Shown: positions 20,843 to 29,700 of the stretch, piece after piece
How positions within the stretch are numbered: position 1 is the stretch's first letter
Layout: every line of letters begins with the position of its first letter
Source: an uncultured Terriglobus sp.
GTDB taxonomy: Bacteria; Acidobacteriota; Terriglobia; Terriglobales; Acidobacteriaceae
Length of the DNA: 38,360 nucleotides
Reading direction: 5' to 3'
NCBI GenBank assembly: GCA_964249285.1
Contig: CAXUBG010000007.1
Location: forward strand, 1 to 38,360
Translations under genes and position numbers: made by a program
The notes under the pieces: generated by a model
The model's database searches: none
What the model was told of the DNA's origin: nothing
What the model saw: only the letters and a program-made list of their open reading frames with translations

Positions 20843-22438
20843 ATGAAGATTGTTCTTGCCGAGAAGCTTTCACCGGCAACCCTCGCAATCTTTCAGCAGG
20901 AACCCAGCTGGAAGATCGTCACCGCTGACAAGATTACAAACCTCGAAGCCGAGCTGGCCGATGCCGAAGCCCTCGTCGTGCGCAGTGCCGTGCAGGTGAC
21001 CGCAGCCCTGCTGGAACACGCCCCGAAGCTCCGCCTGATTGGCCGCGCGGGTGTCGGCGTGGACAACATCGATGCGGACGCCGCTACCAAGCGCGGCATC
21101 GTGGTGATGAACACGCCCGGTGCCAACGCCGTGGCCGTCGCCGAGCTGACGCTGGGCTTGATGATCACGATGGCTCGTCAAATTCCCAGGGCGACCGCCG
21201 CGCTGCACGCTGGCAAGTGGGAGAAGAAGAATCTACAGGGGACGGAACTGCGCGGGAAGGCGCTGGGCATCGTCGGACTGGGCCGCATCGGCCTGGAAGT
21301 TGCCCGCCGTGCCCGCGCCTTTGGCATGGATCTGATTGGCTACGATCCCTTTGTCGCGCCGGTGATCGCGCGTGAAAACGGGGTCACGCTGGTGGGCATC
21401 GACGACATCTTCAAGCAGTCCGACTACCTGACGCTGCACGTCGGCCTGACGCCGCAAACCGAGGGTCTGATCAACGCGCATTCCATCGCCATCATGAAAC
21501 CTGGCATTCGCATCGTGAACTGTGCGCGTGGTGAGTTGATCGTGGACGACGCTCTCGTGGATGGCTTGAAGAGCGGGAAGATCGGTGGTGCCGCGCTGGA
21601 CGTCTTTCGCGATGAGCCACTGAAGGATTCCGCGTATTTCGGCATTGATAATGTGGTCTTGACGCCGCATCTGGGCGGATCGACGGATGAGGCGCAGGAA
21701 GCCATCGGCATCCAGCTCGCGCAGCAGGTCAGCGCCTACCTCAAGCTGGGCGTCGTGCAGAATGCCGTCAACGTGCCCTCGCTCTCGCGGGAGGAGTACG
21801 TCGAAGTCGCGCCCTTCGTTGACCTGGCGGAGCGGCTGGGCAGCTTTCTGGCGCACGCCACGCCCGGCAATCTGGAGAACCTGGAGATTGCATACTCCGG
21901 CCGCATTGCCGCAGGCAAGACGGAGCTGATCCGCAACGCCGTGCTGGCTGGGGTGCTGCGGGATAGCGAGAGCGTGAACCACATCAACGCCGCGGCCGTT
22001 GCGGCGGAGCGCGGTCTGCGCGTGCAAGAGGACAAAAAGGAGTTTGCCAGTGGCGGCGCGGGATCGGTGCTCAAAGTCATTCTGCACTCCGCCGGTGGCG
22101 CCGCGTCCGGCAGCGCGACGGTGCTGCACGGCAATGCTCCCCGCCTGCTCTCACTCGATGGCATCGACATCGAAGCACCGCTGACCGGCACGCTCCTGGC
22201 CATCCGGAATCATGACGTGCTCGGCGTCATCGGCCGCATTGGCACAGTGCTGGGCGAGCACGGGGTCAACATTGCGAATTTCGCGCTGGGACGCAACGTC
22301 CGCTCGCAGCGCGTGCCACAAGGTCAGGCGCTGGCAGTCGTGCAGATTGAAGCATCGAACCACAAGTTGAATGATGCGGTGAACGCGCTGCGCAAGGTGG
22401 ATGCCATCGCTAGCGTCCGCGTCATCGAACTGCCATAG
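20843..22438 (+). CDS. serA: D-3-phosphoglycerate dehydrogenase (type I, with ASB and ACT domains)
   Basis: GRAGVGVDNID, NTPGANAVAVAE, GLGRIG, NCARG, TPHLGGST.EAQ and the C-terminal ACT segment NHDVLGVIGRIG..LG..GVNIANF. Confidence 0.95.
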   Translation: MKIVLAEKLSPATLAIFQQEPSWKIVTADKITNLEAELADAEALVVRSAVQVTAALLEHAPKLRLIGRAGVGVDNIDADAATKRGIVVMNTPGANAVAVAELTLGLMITMARQIPRATAALHAGKWEKKNLQGTELRGKALGIVGLGRIGLEVARRARAFGMDLIGYDPFVAPVIARENGVTLVGIDDIFKQSDYLTLHVGLTPQTEGLINAHSIAIMKPGIRIVNCARGELIVDDALVDGLKSGKIGGAALDVFRDEPLKDSAYFGIDNVVLTPHLGGSTDEAQEAIGIQLAQQVSAYLKLGVVQNAVNVPSLSREEYVEVAPFVDLAERLGSFLAHATPGNLENLEIAYSGRIAAGKTELIRNAVLAGVLRDSESVNHINAAAVAAERGLRVQEDKKEFASGGAGSVLKVILHSAGGAASGSATVLHGNAPRLLSLDGIDIEAPLTGTLLAIRNHDVLGVIGRIGTVLGEHGVNIANFALGRNVRSQRVPQGQALAVVQIEASNHKLNDAVNALRKVDAIASVRVIELP

Positions 22439-22460
22439 CGGAAGGAGAGGAGAAGACAAC

Positions 22461-22874
22461 ATGCCGATCTACGAATATCAATGCAAACACTGCGGACGCA
22501 CGCTGGAGAAGCGGCAGAAGTTCTCCGATGCCGCCCTGACAGTCTGCCCGTTCTGTGCTGGCGAACTGGACAAGCTGATTTCCGCCCCAGCCGTGCAGTT
22601 TAAAGGCGGCGGCTGGTACGCGGACCTCTACTCGTCTTCGAAGGGCAACAAGCCTGCCGCTTCTGGCGACGGCGCTCCCGCGGCAAGTGGCTCAGGCGAA
22701 GGCTCCAGCGCTACCCCTGCGAGCAGTTCTGGCGAAGGCGGCACCTCCGCTAAACCGGAAGGCGCTTCTTCCGGCAAATCCGGTGGCAGTTCGTCCGAGT
22801 CGACCGGCAGCGCAGCCTCCAGCACCTCGCCGGCCAGCACACCCTCGACCAGCTCGACTTCCGCCAGCAAGTAA
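22461..22874 (+). CDS. FmdB-family zinc-ribbon protein with Ser/Gly/Ala-rich tail
   Basis: MPIYEYQCKHCG...CPFCAG...ISAPAVQFKGGGWY; strong SD. Confidence 0.9.
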   Translation: MPIYEYQCKHCGRTLEKRQKFSDAALTVCPFCAGELDKLISAPAVQFKGGGWYADLYSSSKGNKPAASGDGAPAASGSGEGSSATPASSSGEGGTSAKPEGASSGKSGGSSSESTGSAASSTSPASTPSTSSTSASK

Positions 22875-22924
22875 GAGCATCCACCCCGGTCCCGCAACTG
22901 TCGGCGGCGCAGTCTGCGAACCGG

Positions 22925-23260
22925 CTACTTCTTGCCCGGAGCGTTAGGATTTGGCGGAACCTTCTTGCCTGCCCGCCGCGCCTCGGACAAGGCGATGGCA
23001 ATGGCCTGTTTTGGGTTGGTGACCTTCTGGCCGCCGCGTCCGCTCCTCAGCGTCCCTTCGTGCATCTCGTGCAGTTCACGGGCGACCTGCTTGCTGGCTG
23101 CCGGCGAGTATTTCCGGCCAGTGCCCGCCGCGGCCGCCTTCTTCCCAGCCGCCTTTTTGGCCGCGCGCTTCTTTGCTGCCGCCTTGCCGGCTATCTTCGT
23201 TGCGGCCGTCTTCTTTGACGCCGCCTTCTTTCCGTCACCCTTGCTTGCCGTCTTCGCCAT
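22925..23260 (-). CDS. DUF6496-like small basic protein with histone-like AAKK repeats
   Basis: ELHEMHEGTLRSGRGGQKVTNPKQAIAIALSEARRAGKKVP; AGGAG SD. Confidence 0.8.
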   Translation of the reverse strand: MAKTASKGDGKKAASKKTAATKIAGKAAAKKRAAKKAAGKKAAAAGTGRKYSPAASKQVARELHEMHEGTLRSGRGGQKVTNPKQAIAIALSEARRAGKKVPPNPNAPGKK

Positions 23261-23668
23261 TCACGTTCTCCCTGTCTCCGTACGATGCGCACGCGCCAGA
23301 GAGCGGCACGTCTCGCCGCTGTAATCAGGGCCGCTGACGAATCCCTAGCCAGTCGTAACGCTAAAATCAGCGCACCGGTCCAGGATGCCGCGACGGCAAA
23401 ACCAGCGGCATAAAAAATATATGTGGCTATTGTTGATATGCATAAACTTGAGGTATGGAAACCCTTACGCCGCCCCGCATAGTCTCCGTGGAAAAACTCG
23501 GAACGCGAGTGCTTATCATCTTCAGCGATGGCAAGGCAGGGATGTTTTCGTCTGCCATGCTCTACGGCCTGTTGCCACGCGCCGACGCGGTGTACGAAAG
23601 CGAATCATGGTCGCACTGAACCGGCCCGGTCACAACGCCGGGCCTCCGTCATGCAACGCATGGGAGAG

Positions 23669-24082
23669 TTAAGCGGCTCTGGGCGGCATCATAGGAGAGC
23701 TCACAGGCGACGGAGGAAGCATGGGACGCAGCATCTGCTGTACGGTCCTCATGAAGTCGGCCGGACCTTCATTGCTACTCAGATAGGAAGCTTGCCCTTC
23801 CCACATCCAATGAGCCCGTGTGAAGTACATCACGAGGCAGCGTGTGGCAGGGGAATGCTCCTGCGCCAGGGCGAGAGCGGCGCGGCACTCGTCCGCCGTC
23901 AATGTTTGGCACAGAACCACCAGATCCACATGCGTCTGGCGCAGCCGTTCGAGCAGCTCTGGCTGACTCATCGCGCCCAGCACGCGGCATTTGGACTTCT
24001 CCAGCAACCACTGCCGCGTCAACATGAGGCTAAAGTCATGGCTGAAGCACAGCACCACGGGCGTGATCGACAGGGAATCCAT
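23669..24082 (-). CDS. Atypical stand-alone receiver-fold protein (pseudo-receiver)
   Basis: VVLCFSHD..LMLTRQWLLE...HVDLVVLCQTL follows the CheY beta/alpha order; AAGGAGG SD before ATG 24082. Confidence 0.7.
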   Translation of the reverse strand: MDSLSITPVVLCFSHDFSLMLTRQWLLEKSKCRVLGAMSQPELLERLRQTHVDLVVLCQTLTADECRAALALAQEHSPATRCLVMYFTRAHWMWEGQASYLSSNEGPADFMRTVQQMLRPMLPPSPVSSPMMPPRAA

Positions 24083-24403
24083 CAGCGCCTCCTTCCACTT
24101 GGTCGCGGGATGCAACAACCATCACCCTTCGGGTAACGCCGGGTCTGTTCGATACTCGACGCAGGCGCATTTATTTCTTCAATGGCCGGTTACGGCGGCT
24201 GTTGTCACGGGCGTCCTCGCCAGCGCATCCTGAGAAGCGTCAAGGTATGTTCGCTACCCGGACGGCCGCACCTCCCTGTGTCTGACCCTCTCTGCTTTCC
24301 GAACGTTCCGTTTGCGGTGTAAAATGCGCAGCGGAAGAGTTTCCGTCCTATCAAGTCGTCACCAGCGTGTGTGCGCTCCTTGCGACTTGGTCCAAGGAGA
24401 TAT

Positions 24404-25144
24404 GTGCGCCCCACCGGCAATCGCATCCTGGATATTTTCTCAGACCCGCTGCGGGAGACGATCGTGCGGGCGTCACGTCCGGTGGATCTTGCCTCGCGTG
24501 CGAGTCTCTTCCATGTCCGGGAGACCCCCAGGCACGCGTACTTTATGCTGACCGCTGTCGCATCATACGTCGTCTCCATGCCGGAAGGCGGATCGGCCGA
24601 AGTCGGCATGGTTGGCTTTGAAGGGCTGGTTGGAGCATCGGCTCTCCTGGGGCCCGCCGCCATGGAGATGGACGGCGTCATCCAGATACCAGGGGCCGCG
24701 CTCCGTACCCCCATGAAGGTGTTGCAGAACCTGTTTCAGACAAATGAAGAGTTCCGCACCCGCGCTCTGCATTTTCAGCAGAGTCAGATCAACATCTCCA
24801 GCCAGCTCTCCGCATGCAACAAACTCCACGAGGCGGAAGAGCGGCTGGCACGTTGGCTGCTGATGACCGCTGACCGGGCTCGCAGCGATTCGCTGACGCT
24901 TACGCAAGAATTCTTGGCGATGATGCTGGGAACGCAGCGCACAACAGTGGCGCTGGTCGCCGGTGCGCTGCAACGCAAATGTTTCATTGACTACCGGCGT
25001 GGCACCGTACGCATCATGGACCGGGATGGTCTTACTGATGCAGCGTGTGATTGCTACCCGCTCACCAAGAAAATGACCGATAGGCTGTACGGCGATTTGG
25101 CTGCCGGCATCCCGGCTCCCGAACAAGTCTCCTTCGTCACGTAG
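24404..25144 (+). CDS. Crp/Fnr-family transcriptional regulator
   Basis: cNMP-like domain (AEVGMVGFEGLVG), ACNKLHEAEERLARWLL, HTH LTQEFLAMMLGTQRTTV and ACDCY; GTG start after AAGGAG. Confidence 0.9.
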   Translation: MRPTGNRILDIFSDPLRETIVRASRPVDLASRASLFHVRETPRHAYFMLTAVASYVVSMPEGGSAEVGMVGFEGLVGASALLGPAAMEMDGVIQIPGAALRTPMKVLQNLFQTNEEFRTRALHFQQSQINISSQLSACNKLHEAEERLARWLLMTADRARSDSLTLTQEFLAMMLGTQRTTVALVAGALQRKCFIDYRRGTVRIMDRDGLTDAACDCYPLTKKMTDRLYGDLAAGIPAPEQVSFVT

Positions 25145-25205
25145 AGGGACCCTCTGCATCGATTGTCCGGTATCAGACAATCGGCGTATGTATCGTGAAC
25201 GAGGG

Positions 25206-25928
25206 ATGGAGAGGCAACACAATCGTTTGATCGACGCTCTGTCCGCGGAGAGCCGGGGAAAGCTGCTGTCATGCGGCAGTCACTTAGACCTCCCGCAGAG
25301 CACCATACTATTTCAGCCGCATGTACCGGCCGACTATGTGCACTTCCTTACCTCGGGCGTCGCATCGGAGGTCGTCACTGTTGCCAAAGGCGACACAGCC
25401 GAGGTCAACATGCAGGGCAGCGAGGGTGCGATCGGCGTTCTGGATCTGCTGGGTAATCTCCCGCCGGTGGTCCAGTGTTTAATGCAAACCAACGGATCGG
25501 CGATACGCGTCGCCCTAGACGACATGAAGCGGCTCTTCGGGGAGTCGGCCGAGATCCGCGGTCGCATCCTGGAATCGGTCCAACAGCAGACGCTGACGGT
25601 GAACCAGATTGCCGCGTGCAACCGGCTGCATCTGGCGTCCGAGCGGCTGGCCCGGTGGCTGCTGACCGCGTCGGATCGCGTCGGGTCAGACACCCTGGGG
25701 CTCACGCAAGAAGCGGTCTCGGCGATGCTGGGAACGCGCCGCACAACGGTCGCTCTGGCCGCCGGAGCACTCCAGCGCAGTGGCATGATCCGGTACCGCC
25801 GGGGCATTGTCAAAATCCTTGACCGCCAGGCACTCACAGACGCCGCCTGCGAGTGTTACCGCGTCGCCGGCCGCCTGGTGGAAGGTTTGTACCAGACCCG
25901 TCTTCCCGATCCTGCCGCAACCGCATAG
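25206..25928 (+). CDS. Crp/Fnr-family transcriptional regulator (tandem paralog)
   Basis: ACNRLHLASERLARWLL, LTQEAVSAMLGTRRTTV and ACECY. Confidence 0.9.
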   Translation: MERQHNRLIDALSAESRGKLLSCGSHLDLPQSTILFQPHVPADYVHFLTSGVASEVVTVAKGDTAEVNMQGSEGAIGVLDLLGNLPPVVQCLMQTNGSAIRVALDDMKRLFGESAEIRGRILESVQQQTLTVNQIAACNRLHLASERLARWLLTASDRVGSDTLGLTQEAVSAMLGTRRTTVALAAGALQRSGMIRYRRGIVKILDRQALTDAACECYRVAGRLVEGLYQTRLPDPAATA

Positions 25929-26021
25929 TGAACACGACCGCCGCGCACACTACTTGCTTGGCGCGGATGACCTTAGCAACCTCCGAACCGTATCATCGTT
26001 GACGCGAGGGGACTGAGCGTC

Positions 26022-27572
26022 ATGCAACATCTCAAATCATTGAAAACTGCCCTGCGGCATGCAGCCGCGTTTCTGCTCTGCGTTTCCACCGCGCACGCGC
26101 AGAAGGCTATACGCACGGAAAGCGGCGATCTCGCCGGAACCCTCGCAGGTGATGTACGCGTCTTCCTGGGCGTGCCCTATGCCAGACCGCCCATAGGTGA
26201 TCTGCGCTGGAAGCCGGCCGAGCCGGTAATCCGGAGCACATCAACGCTCCCCGCTGATCGCCTGGGACCAAGCTGTATGCAGAAGCTCTCGCGCTCGCAC
26301 CTGCCCTGGACCGAAGAGTTCATGGTGCAGAACGAGGCGAGCGAGGATTGCCTTTACCTGAACATCTGGGCACCGGCGGCTTATAAGCCGCGCGCGACCC
26401 ATCCGGTTCTGGTCTTCCTGCATGGCGGCGGATTCGTGGAGGGATCGGGCGGTATCGCATCGTACGATGGCGCGTCGCTGGCCCGGCGCGGCCTGATCGT
26501 TGTCACGATCAATTACCGGATGGGCGTCTTCGGCTACTTCGCCAACACAGCCCTTCAGGAGGAGTCACCGCACCGGAGCGCTGGCAACTACGCCATGTCC
26601 GACCAGATTGCGGCGCTGCGATGGGTGCGGCACAACATTGCGTCTTTCGGGGGCGACCCGGCGCGGGTGACACTCGCCGGCCAGTCCGCCGGTGCGGAGA
26701 GTGTTGCGGAACTGCTGGCCTCACCCGCCGCCAAAGGGCTGTTCTCGCGTGCTGTGATGAACAGCGATCCGCTGCTGTGGCCGGCAATGCCCCTAACACC
26801 GCTGCCCGAAGCCGTGGCTGCTGGTGACGCGTGGTCGGCAACAGAGGGCGGCACGCTGACGGCTTTGCGAAGCATACCGGCAGAAACGCTGCTCGGTGCT
26901 CCGGGCGTGCCGGGGGCGGCCCGACGTCCTGTGGTGGATGGATGGCTGCTGTCGAAACAGCCTGGTGACGATCTGCGGGCACCCGCCGGCAGCGATGTTC
27001 CGGTCATCCTGGGATGGGTTGCGGACGAGGGCAGCGCTTCCCCTGCGTACGGTAAGGTGCCCGCCGGGCAGTTCCGCGCCGACGCGGACAAGAGGTATGG
27101 CGCGGGAGCGGCGGACTTCCTGAAGCTCTATCCAGCGGGTACCGACGCGGAGGCCCGGCATTCAGAGATACAGTCGGCACGCGACCGGAACAGCGCGATC
27201 GCGGGTCTTTGGGCGGAGGCGTGGTCTCGCCATCGCACGTCTCCGGTCTACCTGTATCTCTTCAGCCGCGTGCCTCCGTGGGCCGCGCATCCTGAATTTG
27301 CCGCGCACCACACCGCAGAGGTGCCATATTTCTTTGGCACCCTCGACAAGGTGCATCGTGACTACACGCCGGAGGACCGGGCGGTCAGCGACGCCGCCGT
27401 ATCAGCCTGGGTGCGGTTTTCTCAGACGGGCACGCCCGGTAGCGGATGGAGCGCGTCCAGCGGAATGACTGGGCCGGTGTTCGACTTCGGGGACACCCGC
27501 ACCACGCGGCCTATGCTGGATGCGGAACGCGCGGCTTTCTGGCGAAGCGTGCTGCTGGCCGGCCAGCCCTAG
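26022..27572 (+). CDS. Type-B carboxylesterase (secreted)
   Basis: FLGVPYA.PP.GDLRW, SEDCLYLNIW, HGGGF, NYRMG.FGY, FGGDP, GQSAG nucleophile, A.HTAEVPY; signal peptide. Confidence 0.93.
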   Translation: MQHLKSLKTALRHAAAFLLCVSTAHAQKAIRTESGDLAGTLAGDVRVFLGVPYARPPIGDLRWKPAEPVIRSTSTLPADRLGPSCMQKLSRSHLPWTEEFMVQNEASEDCLYLNIWAPAAYKPRATHPVLVFLHGGGFVEGSGGIASYDGASLARRGLIVVTINYRMGVFGYFANTALQEESPHRSAGNYAMSDQIAALRWVRHNIASFGGDPARVTLAGQSAGAESVAELLASPAAKGLFSRAVMNSDPLLWPAMPLTPLPEAVAAGDAWSATEGGTLTALRSIPAETLLGAPGVPGAARRPVVDGWLLSKQPGDDLRAPAGSDVPVILGWVADEGSASPAYGKVPAGQFRADADKRYGAGAADFLKLYPAGTDAEARHSEIQSARDRNSAIAGLWAEAWSRHRTSPVYLYLFSRVPPWAAHPEFAAHHTAEVPYFFGTLDKVHRDYTPEDRAVSDAAVSAWVRFSQTGTPGSGWSASSGMTGPVFDFGDTRTTRPMLDAERAAFWRSVLLAGQP

Positions 27573-27629
27573 CGAGATATATGGGATGCGGCGGTGGGCA
27601 CCCGCTTGCCAGCCGGGTGCGTCTCACGG

Positions 27630-27944
27630 ATGGATGAAAGCGAGATTTGCATGACCGAACGCGACGAAGATGACTACGTAACGGTGGCGAGCTACTCCGA
27701 AGTTGGCGAGGCATCGCTGGCGCAGTCGGTACTGGACGGTGCAGGCGTTGACTCGTTCCTGTCAGGCGAACAGGCCAACATCCTCCTGCCCGTGAGTGGA
27801 GCGCGCCTGCAGGTTCGGCTGTCGGACCTGGAAACCGCGCGTGAGTTGTTGAACACGATCCCCATCACCGAAAGCGCTGACGGCACGCTCTCCGGTGCCA
27901 CCGTGCATGGAGCCGCGCTCGCGGACAATGGCGACGAACTCTGA
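27630..27944 (+). CDS. DUF2007-like small protein
   Basis: VTVASY...EASLAQSVLDGAGVDSFL..E...ARLQV...DLETARELL; overlaps the queC start. Alternative start at 27651. Confidence 0.75.
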   Translation: MDESEICMTERDEDDYVTVASYSEVGEASLAQSVLDGAGVDSFLSGEQANILLPVSGARLQVRLSDLETARELLNTIPITESADGTLSGATVHGAALADNGDEL

Positions 27945-28668
27945 CAGCACGCCTCGTGAGCGGGCAGTGGTTTGCCTCTCCGGCGGCATGGATTCCACTG
28001 TCTGTGCCGCGTTGGCAGCACGTGATTTTGAGGCATATGCCCTCCACTTTTCCTACGGACAGCGTACTGAAGCGCGCGAGTTGAAGTCCGCGCGGACCGT
28101 CGCGGCGATCTTGGGCTGTCGCGAGTTTCTGTCCCTGCGAATCGACCTCTTTCGCAACATCGGCGGATCGGCTCTGACTGAACATGCAATTGCGGTACCG
28201 GCCGCCAGTTCGCAGGAGATTGGTGCGGAACGCAGCGGGAATGAAGTCCCGGTAACGTACGTTCCATTCCGCAATGCGCATTTTCTGTCTGCCGCAGTCT
28301 CGTGGGCGGAGGTGCTGGGTGCCCGCACCGTTTTGATCGGTGCGGTGGAGCAGGATAGTTCCGGGTATCCGGACTGCCGTCCGGCATATTATCAAGCCTT
28401 CAATGAACTGGTTAGGCAAGGCACGAAAGAGGGCACCATCCGGGTCGAGACGCCGCTGATCGAGATGCGCAAACACGAGATTGTGAGGCTAGGTGTTGAA
28501 TTAGGTGCGCCATTACATGTAAGTTGGTCATGCTATTCAGGCGAGGAAGTTGCCTGCGGCGTGTGTGAAAGCTGTGTGCTCCGTCTGCGCGCGTTCAAAG
28601 AGGCAGGTGTCACCGACCCTATCCCTTATGCACAGAGCCATGCGTCGCCTGCGTACCAACCGGTTTGA
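27928..28668 (+). CDS. queC: 7-cyano-7-deazaguanine synthase
   Basis: SGGMDS PP-loop, YGQR, TYVPFRN, GYPDCRP and SWSCY...CGVCESC. Confidence 0.96.
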   Translation: MATNSDSTPRERAVVCLSGGMDSTVCAALAARDFEAYALHFSYGQRTEARELKSARTVAAILGCREFLSLRIDLFRNIGGSALTEHAIAVPAASSQEIGAERSGNEVPVTYVPFRNAHFLSAAVSWAEVLGARTVLIGAVEQDSSGYPDCRPAYYQAFNELVRQGTKEGTIRVETPLIEMRKHEIVRLGVELGAPLHVSWSCYSGEEVACGVCESCVLRLRAFKEAGVTDPIPYAQSHASPAYQPV

Positions 28669-28701
28669 AACACCCGGGCATTGCCCGCGAAGGAGCCATC
28701 G

Positions 28702-29654
28702 ATGAAGTCTCGTCTACTAGTTCACGCCGCCGTTCTGGTCCTGCTGCCATCCGCGGCTTCCTTGGCGCAGGCACCACAGCCGGGCAGCATTCATGGGCAC
28801 GTGCAAAACGCTGCCGGCCTGCCGCAGACCGGTGAGGTGAGATTGTCAACGGATCGAACCTCTGAAGAAAAAAACCGGAAATACCAGTACACGTTTCCCA
28901 TCGATGCGAGCGGCGACTACAAGGGCACCGGCATCGCCCCCGGTAAGTACGTCCTGTTCACGATTGCCAAAGGCGTGACGGCGGATTACATCGACAACGT
29001 TGAAATCAAGTCCGGTGTGGACACCCTGCAGAACGACGATATGACGCGCGAAGAGTTCCTGAAAGCGATGACGCCGGAACAGCGCAAGCAGATCGAGGAA
29101 TTCAAAAAGCAGAACGCCGCAACCGCAGCCGCAAACAAGACCGTGGCCAATATGACGACGCTGTGACCTCGGCGCAAAAGGCGATCGACACGAACGCCAC
29201 GTCGAAGAAACCGAATCCCTCGTTCACCGGCAGCGCCTACAACAACCAGGGGCAAGCCTACGCCAAGCTGAACAAGCCGCAGGATGCGCTCGGAGCCTAC
29301 GACAAGGCGGCCCAGGCAGAACCGGCAAAAGCCGCCCTTTACTACCTGAATGAGGCCATCACGCTCTACAACAACAACGCGCATACCGAAGCCGCGCAGG
29401 CCGCCGACAAGGCCATCGCCGCCGATCCGGCCAAGGCAGACGCGTATTACATCAAGGGCCAGTCGCTGATCGACAAGGCGACCCTTGACCCGAAGACGCA
29501 AAAGATGAGCGCACCGTCGGGATGCCTGGAGGCCTATCTGAAGTACTTGGAACTGGCGCCGAACGGGTCGCACGCGGAGGATGTAAAGGGTATCGTCTCG
29601 GCATTCGACGAGAAGCAGGTCGCTGCCTTCCGCGCGAACAGTAAGAAAAAGTAA
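28702..29654 (+). pseudogene. Secreted carboxypeptidase-regulatory-like plus TPR protein split by a frameshift near 29150
   Basis: ORF1 (28702-29166) has a signal peptide and a GSIHGHV domain and ends NKTVANMTTL*. The -1 frame reads YDDAVTSAQKAID... from 29151, a TPR helix, and continues through TPR repeats to 29654. Confidence 0.7.
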
Positions 29655-29667
29655 CACGATCCACACG

Positions 29668-29695
29668 AAGCCCCGGTGAGAGCCGGGGCTTTGTT
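29668..29695. terminator. Rho-independent terminator between convergent genes
   Basis: AAGCCCCGG-tgagag-CCGGGGCTT followed by TGTT. Confidence 0.75.
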
Positions 29696-29700
29696 GCCCG

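Noticed and set aside
22640-23230. Repetitive-looking DNA as a CRISPR array or tandem repeat
   Set aside because: Explained by low-complexity coding (Ser/Gly tail of the FmdB protein and AAKK repeats of DUF6496); no fixed-length repeat-spacer pattern.
23335-23365. Hammerhead ribozyme core CTGACGA
   Set aside because: No stem II followed by GAAA, and no stems I or III.
23385-24136. Plus-strand ORFs of 95 aa and 202 aa
   Set aside because: No SD or recognisable motifs; the longer one is antisense to the pseudo-receiver.
27928-28668. queC as part of a defence system (QatC/Dpd-like) or with a preQ1 riboswitch
   Set aside because: It is a canonical-length housekeeping QueC with no TatD, ATPase or dpd neighbours, and its upstream region is coding with no preQ1 aptamer visible.
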